From Catajapyx aquilonaris (taxonomy: Eukaryota): 53,008 nucleotides of DNA. The notes beneath the pieces are model-generated. The model had not been told where the DNA came from and ran no database searches. It saw only the letters and a list, made by a program, of their open reading frames with translations. How positions within the stretch are numbered: position 1 is the first letter of the stretch; each line of letters starts with the position of its first letter. Below, piece by piece: positions 37,501 through 51,085 of the stretch. The DNA lies in NCBI GenBank assembly GCA_000934665.2, contig JYFJ02000876.1, forward strand, positions 62,001 to 115,008, given 5' to 3'. The translations under genes were made by a program, and so were the position numbers.

Positions 37501-40098
37501 CTGCCGAACTACACACCTCCTGATGACTCTTTAATAAGGTACACAGCGCCTGTGACCAAACCCAGCAAGGAGTTTCTGCCTCCTCACTTAGACACCACTC
37601 TGAACCAAGACTTCAACACTCAATCTCCTGTTGAGAAAGTGGTGTCTCAAGACATCCATCTTGCGGCTCAGCAATCCAGTAGGCCATCTTTCTCACGGCC
37701 TAGTCCCAACTACCTGCCAGCCACCTTTTCAGGGCCGTCTTTTCCCAGCAACCCTTTCCCTGTCCAACAACAAAAGCATGAAGGTACAACCCCAGCGGCG
37801 CAAGAAGAGTACAATCAGGTGCAATCTCAGCAGAAGCCAACAGCACCTGCTTCAGAGTACCTCCCACCGTTTGAGCAACCGGAGCAGTACACCACACAGC
37901 AGCCTAGTGTTGCACCAGAGTACCTGCCACCGTTTACTACATACAGGCCAACAACCTCACAACAGGAGAGCCATAAGCCTATTAATGCCATTCCATCACC
38001 CACGGTCAAACCGGAGTACTTACCACCGTTTAGGAAGCTGAGGCCATCCACTTCCGGATACAACAACTCGGATGCACCCGGACACTTTGTAACTCAGTTG
38101 CCGCAGTCCACTCCACAACCGAACTACCTTCCGCCTTACCAGAACCAGCAGCCGTTTGTGAACCCGAATCCGAAAGTGGACAGCCATTCTTCCAGACAGC
38201 CACCTCCAGAGGCACATCCGGAGCCGTTTGATGGCAGACCGCATTATGACCAGACAGGGGCAAGTCCGCAGCATTTTGGAGGTACTGGCAGCACATTTCC
38301 GCCTCAGACGCAGTCTTCAGGGAGACCCACAAACACATCTCCATCCACGATCGGGAAGGAGTATCTACCACCTGTCAGCGACTACCAGAAGCCCAACAAG
38401 GCGCCTCAGAGCATCACAATTCCGATATCGTCACCAGGACCGCAGTACTTGCCGCCTGTTGACGACTTTGCAGGTAACAGGCAACAGCAACCGCAATACC
38501 ACCAGCAACAACAGCCACAACAGCAACAGCCACAACCACAGAGCCCCAATTACTTGCCGCCATATGAAGAACCGACCAGGCCTCACACTTCAAGCACAGC
38601 CTCACCCGTACCATCCCAAAGCAACCGGTACTTGCCTCCACACAATCTACAGCAATTCAACCAGAACCTCCCTGCAGCTGAGCACACCCCTGGTCCTAAG
38701 TACCTGCCTCCACACACCAGTCAACAACAGACATTCAACCAGAATCTACCATCAGAACCAGAAAAGCACACACCTGGACCTAAATACTTGCCACCAATGA
38801 AGTCGACACCAGTGGTTCCAACTGGTCAGCAGCAAAGTGTGGGTTCAACTCAGCAACAGCAGAATGTGGCATCTCACCAGCAACATTACCAGCAGCCTGT
38901 GGGTCCAGTTCAGCAACAGAGTGTGGGTCCATCTTACCAACAACAAAATGTGGGTCCATCTCACCATGAGCAGAGTGTGGGTCCATCTCAACAGCAACCA
39001 TCTTCGGAGTACGTGCCACCTAACGCCAACCCAACACCTGATAGTGTCCATGTCCATCCGTCTGTCCCATGCTGGCCTCCTACGCCCAAACCGTCGTACC
39101 TGCCGCCTGTGGACACCGTGTTTGACTCCTTGTCTGCTCAGAGCCTTAGACCAGCCAGAGTATCAACACCAGCACCTGACCAGGAGTACTTGTCTCCAAA
39201 CGCTCTACTGTCAAGGACCGGTCTGCTGAGCGACGATAAACCTGAACTGGTGACTGAAGGACCAGCTCGTGAGTTGGTACCCCCGTACACATCCAACCTG
39301 GAGGAATCACCAGTCGAAATACCAGTGGAGGACCTGGATTTGACAGAAGAGGACCTCTCCCCACTGCTAGAGCGATTGGAAAAGACACTTGAGGTCAACC
39401 CCAAGGAGATCACAGAAGACGACGGGTATCCAAGGTACCAGCCGCCGATCAGTATTGAAGGACCGCAGAACAAGCCACTGGAGTACAAGCAGCCGATCAA
39501 AGTGGAAGGTACAACCCAACCACCCAAAGAGGAAAAGCCTGAGGAAAGATCGACTCAACCACCAATAGTGATGGACGAAGGAGTTGCCCGGAAGATCAAC
39601 AGCTTCCTGCGCAGTCCTGCAATCAGCAACCACATTGCATCCAAACCATACTCTTCAGCAACACCTCCACCAGCACCAACAAGGCCGTACTACCAGCCAC
39701 CTCCACCACCACCGAACCCGTACTACCAACAAGGAGGCAACTCATTAGCACCATGGAGCTACACGCCTCAACCATACACCACCCAACCGTACTGGCAACC
39801 AGTACAGCAGCCTCAGTACAGACAGTACGACTCGTTCCCATCAGCCACGTTCAACTACAATCCATGTCCGTACGGGCAATGCGGGTACCCAGCGCCATAC
39901 CACCAGTACCATCCTCCTCCGCATGCAGCACCGCCTCCGTACCAATACAATGCGTACCAGAACGGAGGACCAAATCAAAACCGTTTCAATAACGTCCAGC
40001 AGGGCCATACTAGTCAGCAGGATTATTCCAAAAGGGCGGTTGATTCGGCCACATACGCTCTTTCGCATCTGGCTCAAATTGGACCCAATCGCTCCTGA
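34501..40098 (+). CDS. Secreted Pro/Gln-rich YLPP-repeat (cuticle/apical ECM-type) protein, ~1040 aa
   Basis: Exons 34501-34531, 36325-36362, 36934-37174, 37230-37282, 37339-40098 are phase-consistent. Signal peptide MPALLSLLVLGVFVAPTVISTA, 11 exact YLPP motifs plus variants, QQSVGPS repeats, Tyr/Pro-rich C-terminus. AATAAA at ~40547. Probable 5' UTR exon ending at the GTAAG donor near 33395. Confidence 0.8.
35300..35772. repeat. Degenerate ~115-125 bp tandem repeat in an intron of the YLPP gene
   Basis: AACTAGTTACAGTTG...AGCAAATATTAA(G/T)TTAACGGTCAC...AGCACATTATCGTT recurs at ~35521 and ~35636, with partial copies at ~35304 and ~35761. Confidence 0.65.
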
Positions 40099-43000
40099 GG
40101 ACTCTTCTCATTTTTGTGGTGTGGTCGACGTCAGCAAATGCTCACATGAAGATCTTCCAATCACATTATTTGGGGGGCCCAAATTAAGGCCCGTTAACAC
40201 TAGGCCGTTTCTGAGTATTGTTGGCCTGCTCTTTGCTGACGTCGCGTCGGTGATGTACAGTTGATGCAAATTGATGTTATGTATGGTTAGCTATACCATG
40301 CAATTGTAATTTCAGCGTTAAGACTGTGATTTTTTTGAAAATTCCATGTACAGTTTTGTTACAGGAATGCTACATGACAATGTATTATTATTACTCAGCT
40401 GTTGATAAGTTAATGACCAGGGATTTTTTTTTTACAGACTAACTACTAAATATTTGGAGAATTTTGCATGGAGTGGCAGCAGATTTTCTTGCAGGAAAAT
40501 GAATGCCAGATGTGAAAATAATGTGTGATGTAGTGAATCGCTTGAAATAAAACCTTATTGTAATACATGTGATATCAGTTACACTTATTCTACCAGTTCA
40601 TATTTTTACAGCCAGAAAAGTAGTATATCTGATGCACAATTTCTGTGATACCCTTTGTAAATATTACAGTTTCTATAATGAAGCAAAAGGATGTTGTGCA
40701 AAATAAATAAGGTCCTAGTTATTTTAGTGGAGATGATTGCTAATAAAATTTTTAATCAAGTGTGGTTTTGGCATTAAATTTGAAACCTGGCTGTGAAAGG
40801 TGAGATGTTGCAAATATTTGTTATCGCAACAATCACTCTAAAAATAGCTACAAAATTATATCCCGTACAGTATTTTAATTTATTATAGGTTCACATTCCC
40901 CCTGAGATGGGTTGAGTTAATTACATTTGCTGAAATAATAATTATTGTTGGATATGGACACTGAGGGAAAGTAAATATTTCTGAGAATGTATCCTGAATG
41001 GCAGGCAACCAACATTGCTTATTTCGCAAAAACTCTTTGAGGCGGACGACTCCATATTTTACTATGAAAGTCATACAGATTTCCCCCATTTTAATTAGGA
41101 AAACAATCCATTGTTCCTGCTTATAGTGTAAAAAAATCATTATTTTGGCCCATGCAAACCATCATTACAATAACAACTAATGTAGTGTAACATGAAAGGT
41201 GTAGATTTAGAGTGTGCAAACCCGCACGCACAGAGCCCCTCTTTTTTTATTCACTTTCTTATCAGATTGTTGATAACAGGTTTCAGCTCTACTATTAATT
41301 CCGTTGTTTCCGTGACAATATGCAGTGTTACACGTCTCGTGTGTGTGTCCATCTCGATCAGAAAAATAAAGAGGACACGTTCAAGGATTTTTGGATATAA
41401 ACCACGATAATTTATACTGTATAGTGAAGGTATAAAATAATTGATCCAAGGGTATTAGTTTTTTTCGTAAATTTCTGGTTCAAAATTGCACAATACTATT
41501 TACAGTATGTTACATGCTAACGTTACTGGAACATTTTGCATGAGCTATAGCTTACATATACTTAGAGCATGTAACAACCATTGTAATATTTAACATAATG
41601 AGTTGTATTTACAAACTCTTTCTGGGATTCCTAGCGCTTTATGGTGCACACACACACACGCGTTATTAAAAAATTACACCAAAATTTCCTTATGAATATT
41701 TTTGGGCGTAATGCGCACGTTACATTAAGTTGTGCAGTATAGGGCATCAGGAGACGGTACATCCCACTCGCTTAATTTGTGTGCACATAATTACATGCGC
41801 TTTGCAATAACACCTGGCCATGAATTTCGAAGGGTGCAGAATACGTCACCTCATAAAACGTCCCTGAAAAAACTGCTAAAAGTACGGTTTTATCTGCGTC
41901 CCAGATACAGTTATAGGTTAGAAGGTATAGCCTATAATATGATAATGCATGTTACAGTATGTGTTTTTGCACCTATGTGTACGAGCGTGGTGAGAAATAA
42001 TCAGGCTTCAATTACTGGGCGTCTACCCACAAAAAAAAAAACCCGACTTCACATGTGCCCTTAAAGGTACTACGGTAAAGAAAAAACCCCAATCGATGGA
42101 TGATTATGATGATGATGCATGCGGCCTATCAGGTTTTTATGAAGGATGGCAGGAAACGAGTTTGCTCATGTTATACCCAGCCCGGCCTACACACATAGAT
42201 GGTCATAAAGATGACAGGACGTCAAACTTTTGACAAGGATGACAAGATATATTCAAGGTAGAATCAACACGAGGAAGCTCCTCTTGCCATGGGGTTTTAT
42301 TAGGTAAAGAGCATAGTGCAAAATGATTGGCAGACTAGGTGAAGCTTAAGGGTGATGAAAATCATCATTCCTTGGATAGCATGAAGAATATTTTTTTAAA
42401 GTTTTGTGCAAAAGCAAATCCATCGTTTTTACCAATGATTTTTAACATATTATTGCATGTATTAATATTTTTGTAATTTTTATTACATTTCATTCTCTTT
42501 GATCTTATGCTACATTAGCCTACATTATGTATTTTGCTCAATTTCATTTCGTGTGAAGGAGTTATGATTTTAATATTTTTTAAATGCACCGTAAAAGTTC
42601 AGTTCATTTAATTACTTTTGCCCACATATTTCCAGTTATTTCAATAATTTTAATGATCTCTCTCAGTGTTCATATATTTGGTTAATATGTTTTAAACGCA
42701 TTTTAAAATAATTTTTATTAACTATACTTTCTCCCTCCCAATCTCTATGTCAATTGATTTTGCAACTTACATCATTTTCATAGGGCGCTTTCATTTTTTT
42801 TTTCGCAGGCTTTAATAATGGGGGCCCCGTGTTGCTTGAATCCTATACGAATGTTCTAGAAATAATGACAGATGATATATCACGCCTGTGTTGCTCTTCC
42901 TCATCACACGCACCTAGAAAATGTGTTTACAATAACACGAAAGCGGAAGAGAAAATAGAGCTGATAGGAATGAACTTACAGAGAGAGAGAGAGATTGGCA

Positions 43001-45067
43001 TTATTATGTGTGTACATGCTGTGGGTTTAATAACACAATGCTCCGGTTTCTATCTGCTCTGACACTTCTATTAATTATAATTCCCGAAACCCTTAATGAG
43101 CAAGGAACTCAAATTATATTTTATGAAGTGCTGTTGTCCAATTTCTGGTTTGACATTTGATGACTTGGGCATATTTGAAGATGTAGGGCATCACATTGTA
43201 TGTACTGGTCACGTACCTGTACTTCTTTCATGCCTCATTACCAGACTGGAGTGACGATTAGACTATTGCAACGTAAAGTAAAGCGCAACACTTTGGTGTA
43301 AATTGCATGTTGTCTTGATGGGTCTTACATAGTTTCGATAACGCAACATGAGCTTCTTTCTATATCATATTGGCTAGTTTTGGCACGCCATATTATGTCA
43401 AAATACTGGTGCAACATTCAGTGATTGTGCAGCATCTTGGGGCTGTACCAATATATTCATCATCATCATAATTATTAAAAGAAGCAAGTACATCATGAAA
43501 GCATTTCCTTATTCAAAGGATGACTGGGCGAACTGAGTCATTATTAAATGACGTCTAAATTTATTACTGGTCCATTAATATTAAAATCCAACCAAATGAG
43601 CATGCTTCCAAAAAAAATCTTGCACTTTCAGCAAAACAGCAACAATGCTGGGAGGATCTGACAACAAAGTAATTTCACTATACACTACCACTTATCTCAC
43701 TTCCACATGTATCTGAATCCTCCCACAACTTAATCGTACTTATCTCATCAGCAGGAAACGCCAATTTATCCGCCACAACGATTTGCAAATTCTATCCGCA
43801 CATTTATACTCTCACCTGATGGCTGCATAGAGATGCTTAATTAACGCCCAGTAAATTACATCCTCATTGCAAATGCATCAGACTGAGTTATAAATTATTT
43901 TTTACTTTCGTTGTAATGCATGCTGATTCAATTGCACCTATTTCCTGTTGTCGGCATGGAGTAAAAGTCTTTTATGGTTTTACATGCGTTTGTGTAGCAA
44001 GATCATGATAATTAAAGTCCAAACTTTCACTGGAGATTCACCTAGAGCAACATGCATGCTTTTAATTGCGCGGGAGTCATACTCTTATGCAACATGAGAA
44101 AGCATTATGCTTTTGATGCACTTTTTTTGCAATGTACACACATGTGATATTTGGCAAGCATGCAGAGTAATATAGGTCAGACTTGGAAGAGATCGTCGAT
44201 CACAAAATGGGATGCGTGTGCGCACAATTCAGGCCCCTGTCACGCAATCGGCCAATTCGTGACGTTTCCTGGGTCAAAGGTCAGGATTGGCAGGTTCCCA
44301 AACGCACGACCCGGGAAAGCTGCGTAAACATGTAAAAAATTCTCATTCCTTGTCTTCATAAGTTACGGAGCTTCCTCTGTATAGTTTATAATCAGGTTGC
44401 TGGAGTCGACAATTAATAATTATTGCAGAATTATTACTTGACATGTAAAATTGATTTACGGACATGCATTATATGTATATTTTAAAAAATTGAGGTGTGA
44501 ATTATTGCTGGGGGAAATAAATCTGCCTGTAAATTAATGAGGGTTTACATAAACAATTTTTTATATATAAAAATACTGCACATTTTTTATTCGACATTTT
44601 TTCTTCATAGCAGAGGAATCCATGTTCCGCTCTTTTTTATACAAAAAAAACAATTATACATAATTAGATGTTGCTGGTAAACACTTGTTTTAAAAAAAAA
44701 TCACACTGCATACAAAAATTTTATGTCGAAAAAATAAGCTGGAAGCATACAAATTTTTAGTTACCTATAGATGACTACCCATATTTATTTTTATATATAA
44801 AAAATTTTGGGCAGGTAGCAATCACAAGGTGCAACAACAAATTAATAGTCGCTTATTCTCATCACAGCTACTCGTCATCAGGTACTCCAGACGAAATTAT
44901 AGTACAAGTAATTACAGAAAAAAGGGAACTATTAAACAATAGGAAATGTGACCCTTTCAAAAAATACTGACACTTTTTTTTTAAAGATAAGTATAGTGAT
45001 AGCACAGGCGACGTTTGCAGAAGATATTAAAAATGAAAAGACAGGTCCGGGTGTCGAAGCCGAAGTT

Positions 45068-48000
45068 TTACTGCGGAGGGAGGTACCCGCGAGGAGGACT
45101 GGTTTGACGACCTGGTGTGGTACCGGTGCCACCGAAACCAGGAGTGCCGCCAGGACTAGGGCCAGGGTAGGACGGACCGGACGGACGAGACGGGGTGGTG
45201 CCAGGGAAGCCGCCGGATGGGCCCGTGGGCCGCCCCGGGGTGGAACCTGGGGTGCCATAGGACGAGCTGGGGGTGCCACCGGGTCTGGAACCTGGGAAGC
45301 CGGAAGGAGCAGGACGACCACCTCCGGTACCACCCGGATATCCTGGCTCTGATGGATATCCAGTACTTGGACGTCCTGAAGGAAATCCGGTAGATCCGGG
45401 ACGGGATCCGGGATATCCAGGAGTGCTTCCGGTGCCTGGGAATCCACCTGGAGCACTACCAGGTCGACCACTGGGATATCCTGTTGGACCTGTTGCGGGA
45501 CCTGCTCCGGGACGGCCTGATGGATATCCGGTCGATCCGGGTGCGGATCCAGGACGGCCGCCAGCTCCAGGATATCCGGTTGATCCGGGGGCTCCACCGG
45601 CTCCAGGGAAACCGCCAGGACCCGTAGTTCCAGGACGCCCAGCGCCGGGATATCCAGTAGTTCCAGATCCAGGATAACCTGTTCCGGGTGCACCGCCTGT
45701 ACCGGGACGTCCGCCTGCTCCGGGATATCCGGTGGGCCCAGTTGGCGCGCCTGATCCGGGATATCCAGTTTGTCCAGGTGCACTTCCAGGACGGCCTCCA
45801 GCTCCGGGATATCCGGTTGATCCAGGTGCACCGCCAGATCCAGGATGGCCTCCAGCTCCGGGATATCCGGTTGATCCAGGTGCACCACCAGCTCCAGGAT
45901 ATCCTGTTTGTCCGGGTGCGGATCCAGGACGGCCTCCAGCTCCGGGATATCCGGTTGATCCAGGTGCACCGCCAGATCCAGGATAGCCTGTGGATCCAGG
46001 ACGTCCAGATGCTCCAGGATATCCGGTTTGTCCGGGTGTTCCGCCAGCTCCGGGATATCCTGTTTGTCCGGGTGCGGATCCAGGACGGCCTCCAGCTCCA
46101 GGATATCCGGTTGATCCAGGTGCACCATCAGCGCCAGGATATCCTGTCGAACCAGGACGTCCAGAAGCACCAGGATATCCAGTTTGTCCTGGTGCAGATC
46201 CAGGACGTCCACCAGCTCCAGGGTACCCAGTAGATCCGGGTGCACCACCTGATCCAGGATAGCCAGTTTGTCCTGGCCGACCTCCCGCTCCAGGATATCC
46301 AGTAGATCCAGGTGCACCACCAGCTCCAGGATATCCAGTTGTTCCAGGAGCACTTCCGGGACGTCCACCAGCTCCAGGATATCCTGTTTGTCCTGGTGCA
46401 GATCCAGGACGTCCACCAGCTCCAGGGTACCCAGTAGATCCAGGTGCACCGCCAGCTCCAGGATATCCTGTTTGTCCAGGACGTCCACCAGCTCCAGGGT
46501 ACCCAGTAGATCCAGGTGCACCGCCATCTCCAGGATATCCTGTTTGTCCAGGACGGCCTCCAGCTCCAGGATATCCAGTTGATCCAGGTGCACCGCCAGC
46601 TCCAGGGAAACCAGTAGATCCGGGTGCTCCACCAGCTCCAGGTCTTCCTGCAGGGGTGACTCCAGGACCTCCAGTGTATGCCCCACTAGGACCTCCAGCT
46701 CCAGGGTACCCACTGTCGTACCCACCCGGACCACCAGGACCACCAGGACCACCAGGACCCTCAGCATACAAGAACTCGTTCAGATTGTACAGGTCCGGTG
46801 CGGTATTGCAATCGAAATCGGGCCACCACACGCAGACAAAGTAACCCTGATGGAACACAGTCCCGTTCGGACAAAGGAACGAGAACATCCGTCCTCCATG
46901 GCAGATATGGAAGACCTGGCACTGCGCCTCAACATCCGCGAAGTAACCCTGGTACTGCTGTTGGTTGCAATCAAACGAAGTCTGTGGCACCTCCGCATAT
47001 ATTGGGTAATCACGTCCAGGTTCACCCGGAATCGCAGAGTAATCTCCTTCGTCAAAGTCCTGCTGGAATCCTCCAGAACCTGGGAATCCTTGTTGTCCAG
47101 GTTGGAATCCGCCTTGTTGCCCAGGCTGAAATCCTCCTTGTTGTCCAGGCTGGAATCCGCCTTGTTGTCCAGGCTGGAATCCGCCTTGGTGTCCAGGCTG
47201 CGTTCCAGGAAATGCTCCAGGGCGAGCACCGGGGCCAGATCCAGGACGAGCACCGTGGCCAGCACCAGGGCGGCCCCCGGGTCCGACCGGACCAGGCTGT
47301 TGGGTGTACCCACTTCCACCTCCAGGTCCTGTTGGACGTCCACCAGGGATAAGTTGGCTTCCAGGTGGTGGTGCTGGATAGTCGTATGGACCACTCTCCT
47401 GGCCCTGGAATTTTTCCCCAAGGTAATTAGCCTTTCTCATGCATATGCTCATTTGAATAAAACACGATAGCCAGGTGCGATTAGACTAGAGGTCTAGTCA
47501 GACTTAATGAGACTTGGGCTATTAGCATTCTCACACCTAGGCGAGTATGAATATTAATTGGAACCAGCTGGATGGGAACATCTAGCAAACTTGTTAATTA
47601 TCCTAATAGGCTTATTCTCTCTGTCGGGTGTTTGTCCGACCTGATAGTATCACTACCTCTCGCACGATATGAAAGTGGCAGGAGTGTGCAGAGGAAGGGT
47701 GTGACATCTATGTGTGACGAATAGTACTAGGTGGTAAATCGGCGATCACTGCTTGCCAAATTTTGCCAAATTTTGCAAATAAATTACCAAAAATGACCAA
47801 TTCGTCCCCCCCCCTACTATAGCACCTTTGCTAGAGTCAGTATGCATGAAAAATTATTAAATAATATGACGTACCAGTGTGTTCCCAGATATGGCCAGAA
47901 GAACTGGAAGAAGAAGAAGAAAAAAGGAAGTTATTGTTTCATGTTCCCTCCGCCCTTCAACATATAACATAATCTGTGTGAGAATCTTTTTGCCAACTCA

Positions 48001-48302
48001 AGTGTTTTTATTCCAGAGAGGGTTACAACCCAGAAGGCGGAACAATGGCACCGCTTTCGAGAAAGTGATGACCGCTGTGCGGAAGGATGTTGCAGACAGT
48101 GGTTTTCAATATTTTGGGGAAGGATTTCACATTCCGCGAAAAATATTATAAGCAAAGTAACAAATCCGGCCCCAAAAAAATTAACACTTGAATTGGCAAA
48201 AAAAAATCTGCTCAAAATATATATAGTAACAATAAATTCGGCAAAAAAAGCACAAAGTCAGGTCAAAAACTTACCAATAAATAATGTGGATGTGACCCTC
48301 AT
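45068..48302 (-). CDS. Resilin-like Gly/Pro-rich cuticular protein with one chitin-binding type-2 (peritrophin-A/CPAP1-type) domain, ~797 aa
   Basis: Exons 48302-48275, 47903-47875, 47404-45068 give signal peptide MRVTSTLFIVLLAISGNTLG. Six-Cys domain GDYSAIPGEPGRDYPI...SFDC...GYFADVEAQCQVFHIC...SFLCPNGTVFHQGYFVCVWWPDFDC, GGFQPGQQ repeats, long TGYPGAGG(R/A)PGS array, PSSSYGTP and terminal GYLPPQ. Confidence 0.9.
45400..46760 (-). repeat. Coding tandem array of 36/48-nt units (TGYPGAGGAPGS / TGYPGAGGRPGSAPGQ)
   Basis: Near-identical CCAGCTCCAGGATATCC units repeated along the exon. Confidence 0.9.
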
Positions 48303-48748
48303 GGTGTCCAGTTCCTGCAAAAAAAAATTGTTGCGGATATGTAAGAGAAAGCTAATTGCACAGGCAATTGGGCTTGAATAAACGCTATATAATAATAAAA
48401 TCGACGGTATTGCATGTATGAATAAAAAATTTACCGCTTGACAAAACTACAACAATTTTCGGATGTTGCACATATTTTAACTCAAAAATTTCGGCAGCGT
48501 AACTAACTACACTGTGAGAAACCAGCTTATTGTTATCCCTTATTAGGAATCTACACACAAAAAAAACTAGTCGTGCCCTGTAAATTTGTCATTACATCTT
48601 ACTAATCCGTGTAATCCTCTTGTACTTGCTGAGTACAATTTTTTTAAAAATCAAACGGCATTGTTGCCTAAACTAATTGAAGTACACCAAACACAACACC
48701 AAACACAACACTTTCCAATCGCCTACCTTTCACTTCACTTGTACTTAC

Positions 48749-48861
48749 TTAATGAACTGACTTAAATTTTTTTAAACAATATTTTTTTTTAAATATGATG
48801 TGCTCGGACGATTCTGAGCACAAGACTGACCACTCTAAGGCAAGACCAGGTCCTATTTATA
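48749..48861 (-). promoter_or_regulatory. TATA + initiator core promoter and non-coding first exon of the resilin-like gene
   Basis: Minus-strand TATAAATA at 48861-48854, arthropod Inr TCAGTC at 48829-48824, GTAAGT donor beginning at 48748, ttttttgcag acceptor just upstream of the ATG exon. Confidence 0.7.
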
Positions 48862-51013
48862 CCAGGCCGTCCCTTTTTTTTCCTTCACGTGTTTCCGACC
48901 GAGGTCCACACATAATCTTGGATGAGAGGAGTTATACAAAAGGATGGGAGGGGGGAGAAGATGGGGGGGGGAGAACGAATTAGAATCTTCTTCAAACAAA
49001 CTATGGACCAATCCGAGACCAGATTTCACCGGCCGGTTCAAAAACTGTTATGTAATATTTTTATATACAGTTTTTTTGAATTAATTTTTTAAATATATTT
49101 TTTTGGTGGGCGGACTTTTGGTCGTGACCCAGCCACTTTCACTGGTTATAAAGTAGGGTATTGTAGCGGTTTGGATGATGAGCATCACTTTATTTGAGAA
49201 GGGGGGGGGGGGGGTTTGTTCCGTGGCCTCGAGGAGCACTCGGGGACACTTCTCATTCTGGGTTGTGCATGGGAGGGACGAGACATGTCGAGAAAGAGAC
49301 ATCAGATCGTGTTTCATATTGGTTCGTGGACAGATTCAGATTGAGCAACTTGAAGAAACTCATAGCACAGCGAGGAGCTGTTAAAAATAAAATTGCAAAG
49401 ATTTTTGGGATACATTATATGAATAATTTGTCATGAAAATTTTTGCAGACATTACATGACTGTATGTAGCACATTTCTCATTTCTATGCCAACGCCTCAA
49501 TTACATTACAAAATTTGCTTGTTTGTTTATCCAGTTACAACAGACAAAAAAAAAATTTAAAATGAAAAAAATTTATGCTGCTCAAAATAGCAGCATTGCT
49601 TCATACTTATCTGGCTTTTTAATAGTGTACAGCATTATGTAATTTAATCATTATCAGTAGTCTACATGTAGGTTAGTGCTCATAATGTGTGATTTTAGCC
49701 ATTAGATACATTTAGGTTAGGCCACCTCGTGGCATATTAGAAGAGATCATAATTAATTAGGCATAGAAGATGCCAATTATTACATTTTTTGTGCTCCCAT
49801 TTGGGGCGCCTATAGTGTTGAAGCATGAAAAAGTGAAATTAGTCTAGCAGTGATAATGACTTTTTTGTAGGATAATACGTGGCGATATCGCGGATGATTT
49901 TTTTTTTTCTACGCCCCATTTTTTTTGCTCATCCCGTCTGCAGAGAAAGCGTCTCGTGTAAAGTTCATAAATAATAGTACACGCACTTAAAGCCCCACAA
50001 TCCGATCAACACTATGAGAAAAGGCTCTTAATTATTAGGCAATTACTTCAGCCTGTTTCAATAATTGCGAAGTGGACTTTTCGGATGTTCAATTGATGAA
50101 ACTAGTGCATCTGTTTTACCGAACTTTATGAGCATTTTTTAAATATGTAATAGCACGATTTCGCTAAAGGCTGGTTTTACTACTTACATGACTATTAGTG
50201 CTCTAATGCTTATAACATGTCACGAAAACGGTTAAGAAATTATTTATTGAGTGTCAGTAAACAGCACCGCTGGATTTTTTTTTCTTTCTTTCCAAAAACT
50301 GATAACCTTGTACAGTACCGGTCATAAAAATAAGTGCAATAACATTTAGCTTCCGCACGAGAGGAATTTCAACCAAGAAGATGCTTCTGTGCTGGCAAGA
50401 TTCCGTACACATCCAACAGGTTTCCAAATCCGCAACTATTATGTGCACACTATTTGACCCTTAATTTCATACTTCCCAAAAAATTCCGGCCTTGCCGTTC
50501 AGGTGCAATTATTTACACACACAAAAAAATAATAATAAAATTGATAAGAACCAACTGATGATTAAGTATGAAGGGAGATTATTTTTTTCAAGTAGCTGTA
50601 TGCAAACGACCTTCAGCTTTTTTTATTATTATTCCTGCAAGTTAGGCAACCAAACCGCCCATATCCGGCGGAGACATGCACTTTTTGTAATAAACAAAGA
50701 AAAACAAATTGTTTGCATCATAACAATGTGCATACTATGTCCGACTAATTCATTCTACACTTGATTGCTCGGCAGTAAACGGTTCAACTTTACTACTTTT
50801 CATCACCGGTTGTTAAAACGTCCCCGTAAATTACAAGGCACCCTATTGACACTTATTGTCAGCTCCACAAGAATTATGTGCAGAGTGGTGCAACAATGAA
50901 ACTGTCAACTTGTCACTCTGACTTCATATTTATTACATTAGAAAAACCCTCGCTTCGCTCACTGGGTGCGGGGGAGTGGGGAGCGAGCGATGTAGACCCT
51001 CAGCAGACAGCGA

Positions 51014-51085
51014 ACCCATCCACCAGAGGCGCTGTCTCCATCCCCATTGCGCCTGCGCAGAACGGGGGCCAATCGGGCGCGTCGC
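51014..51085 (+). repeat. Dispersed ~70-bp cassette, copy 2
   Basis: Matches 16273-16343. Preceded by a TCGCTTCGCTC...GAGCGAGCGA hairpin at ~50950-50990. Confidence 0.8.

Noticed and set aside
40600..44900. Short ORFs and an isolated acceptor-like site (~42808) between the cuticle genes
   Set aside because: AT-rich, no coherent exon chain or recognisable protein.
44932..46767. 611-aa Leu/Val/Asp-rich minus-strand ORF and several plus-strand Pro/Gly ORFs
   Set aside because: Alternative-frame and antisense shadows of the stop-poor Gly/Pro repeat array; no independent signals.
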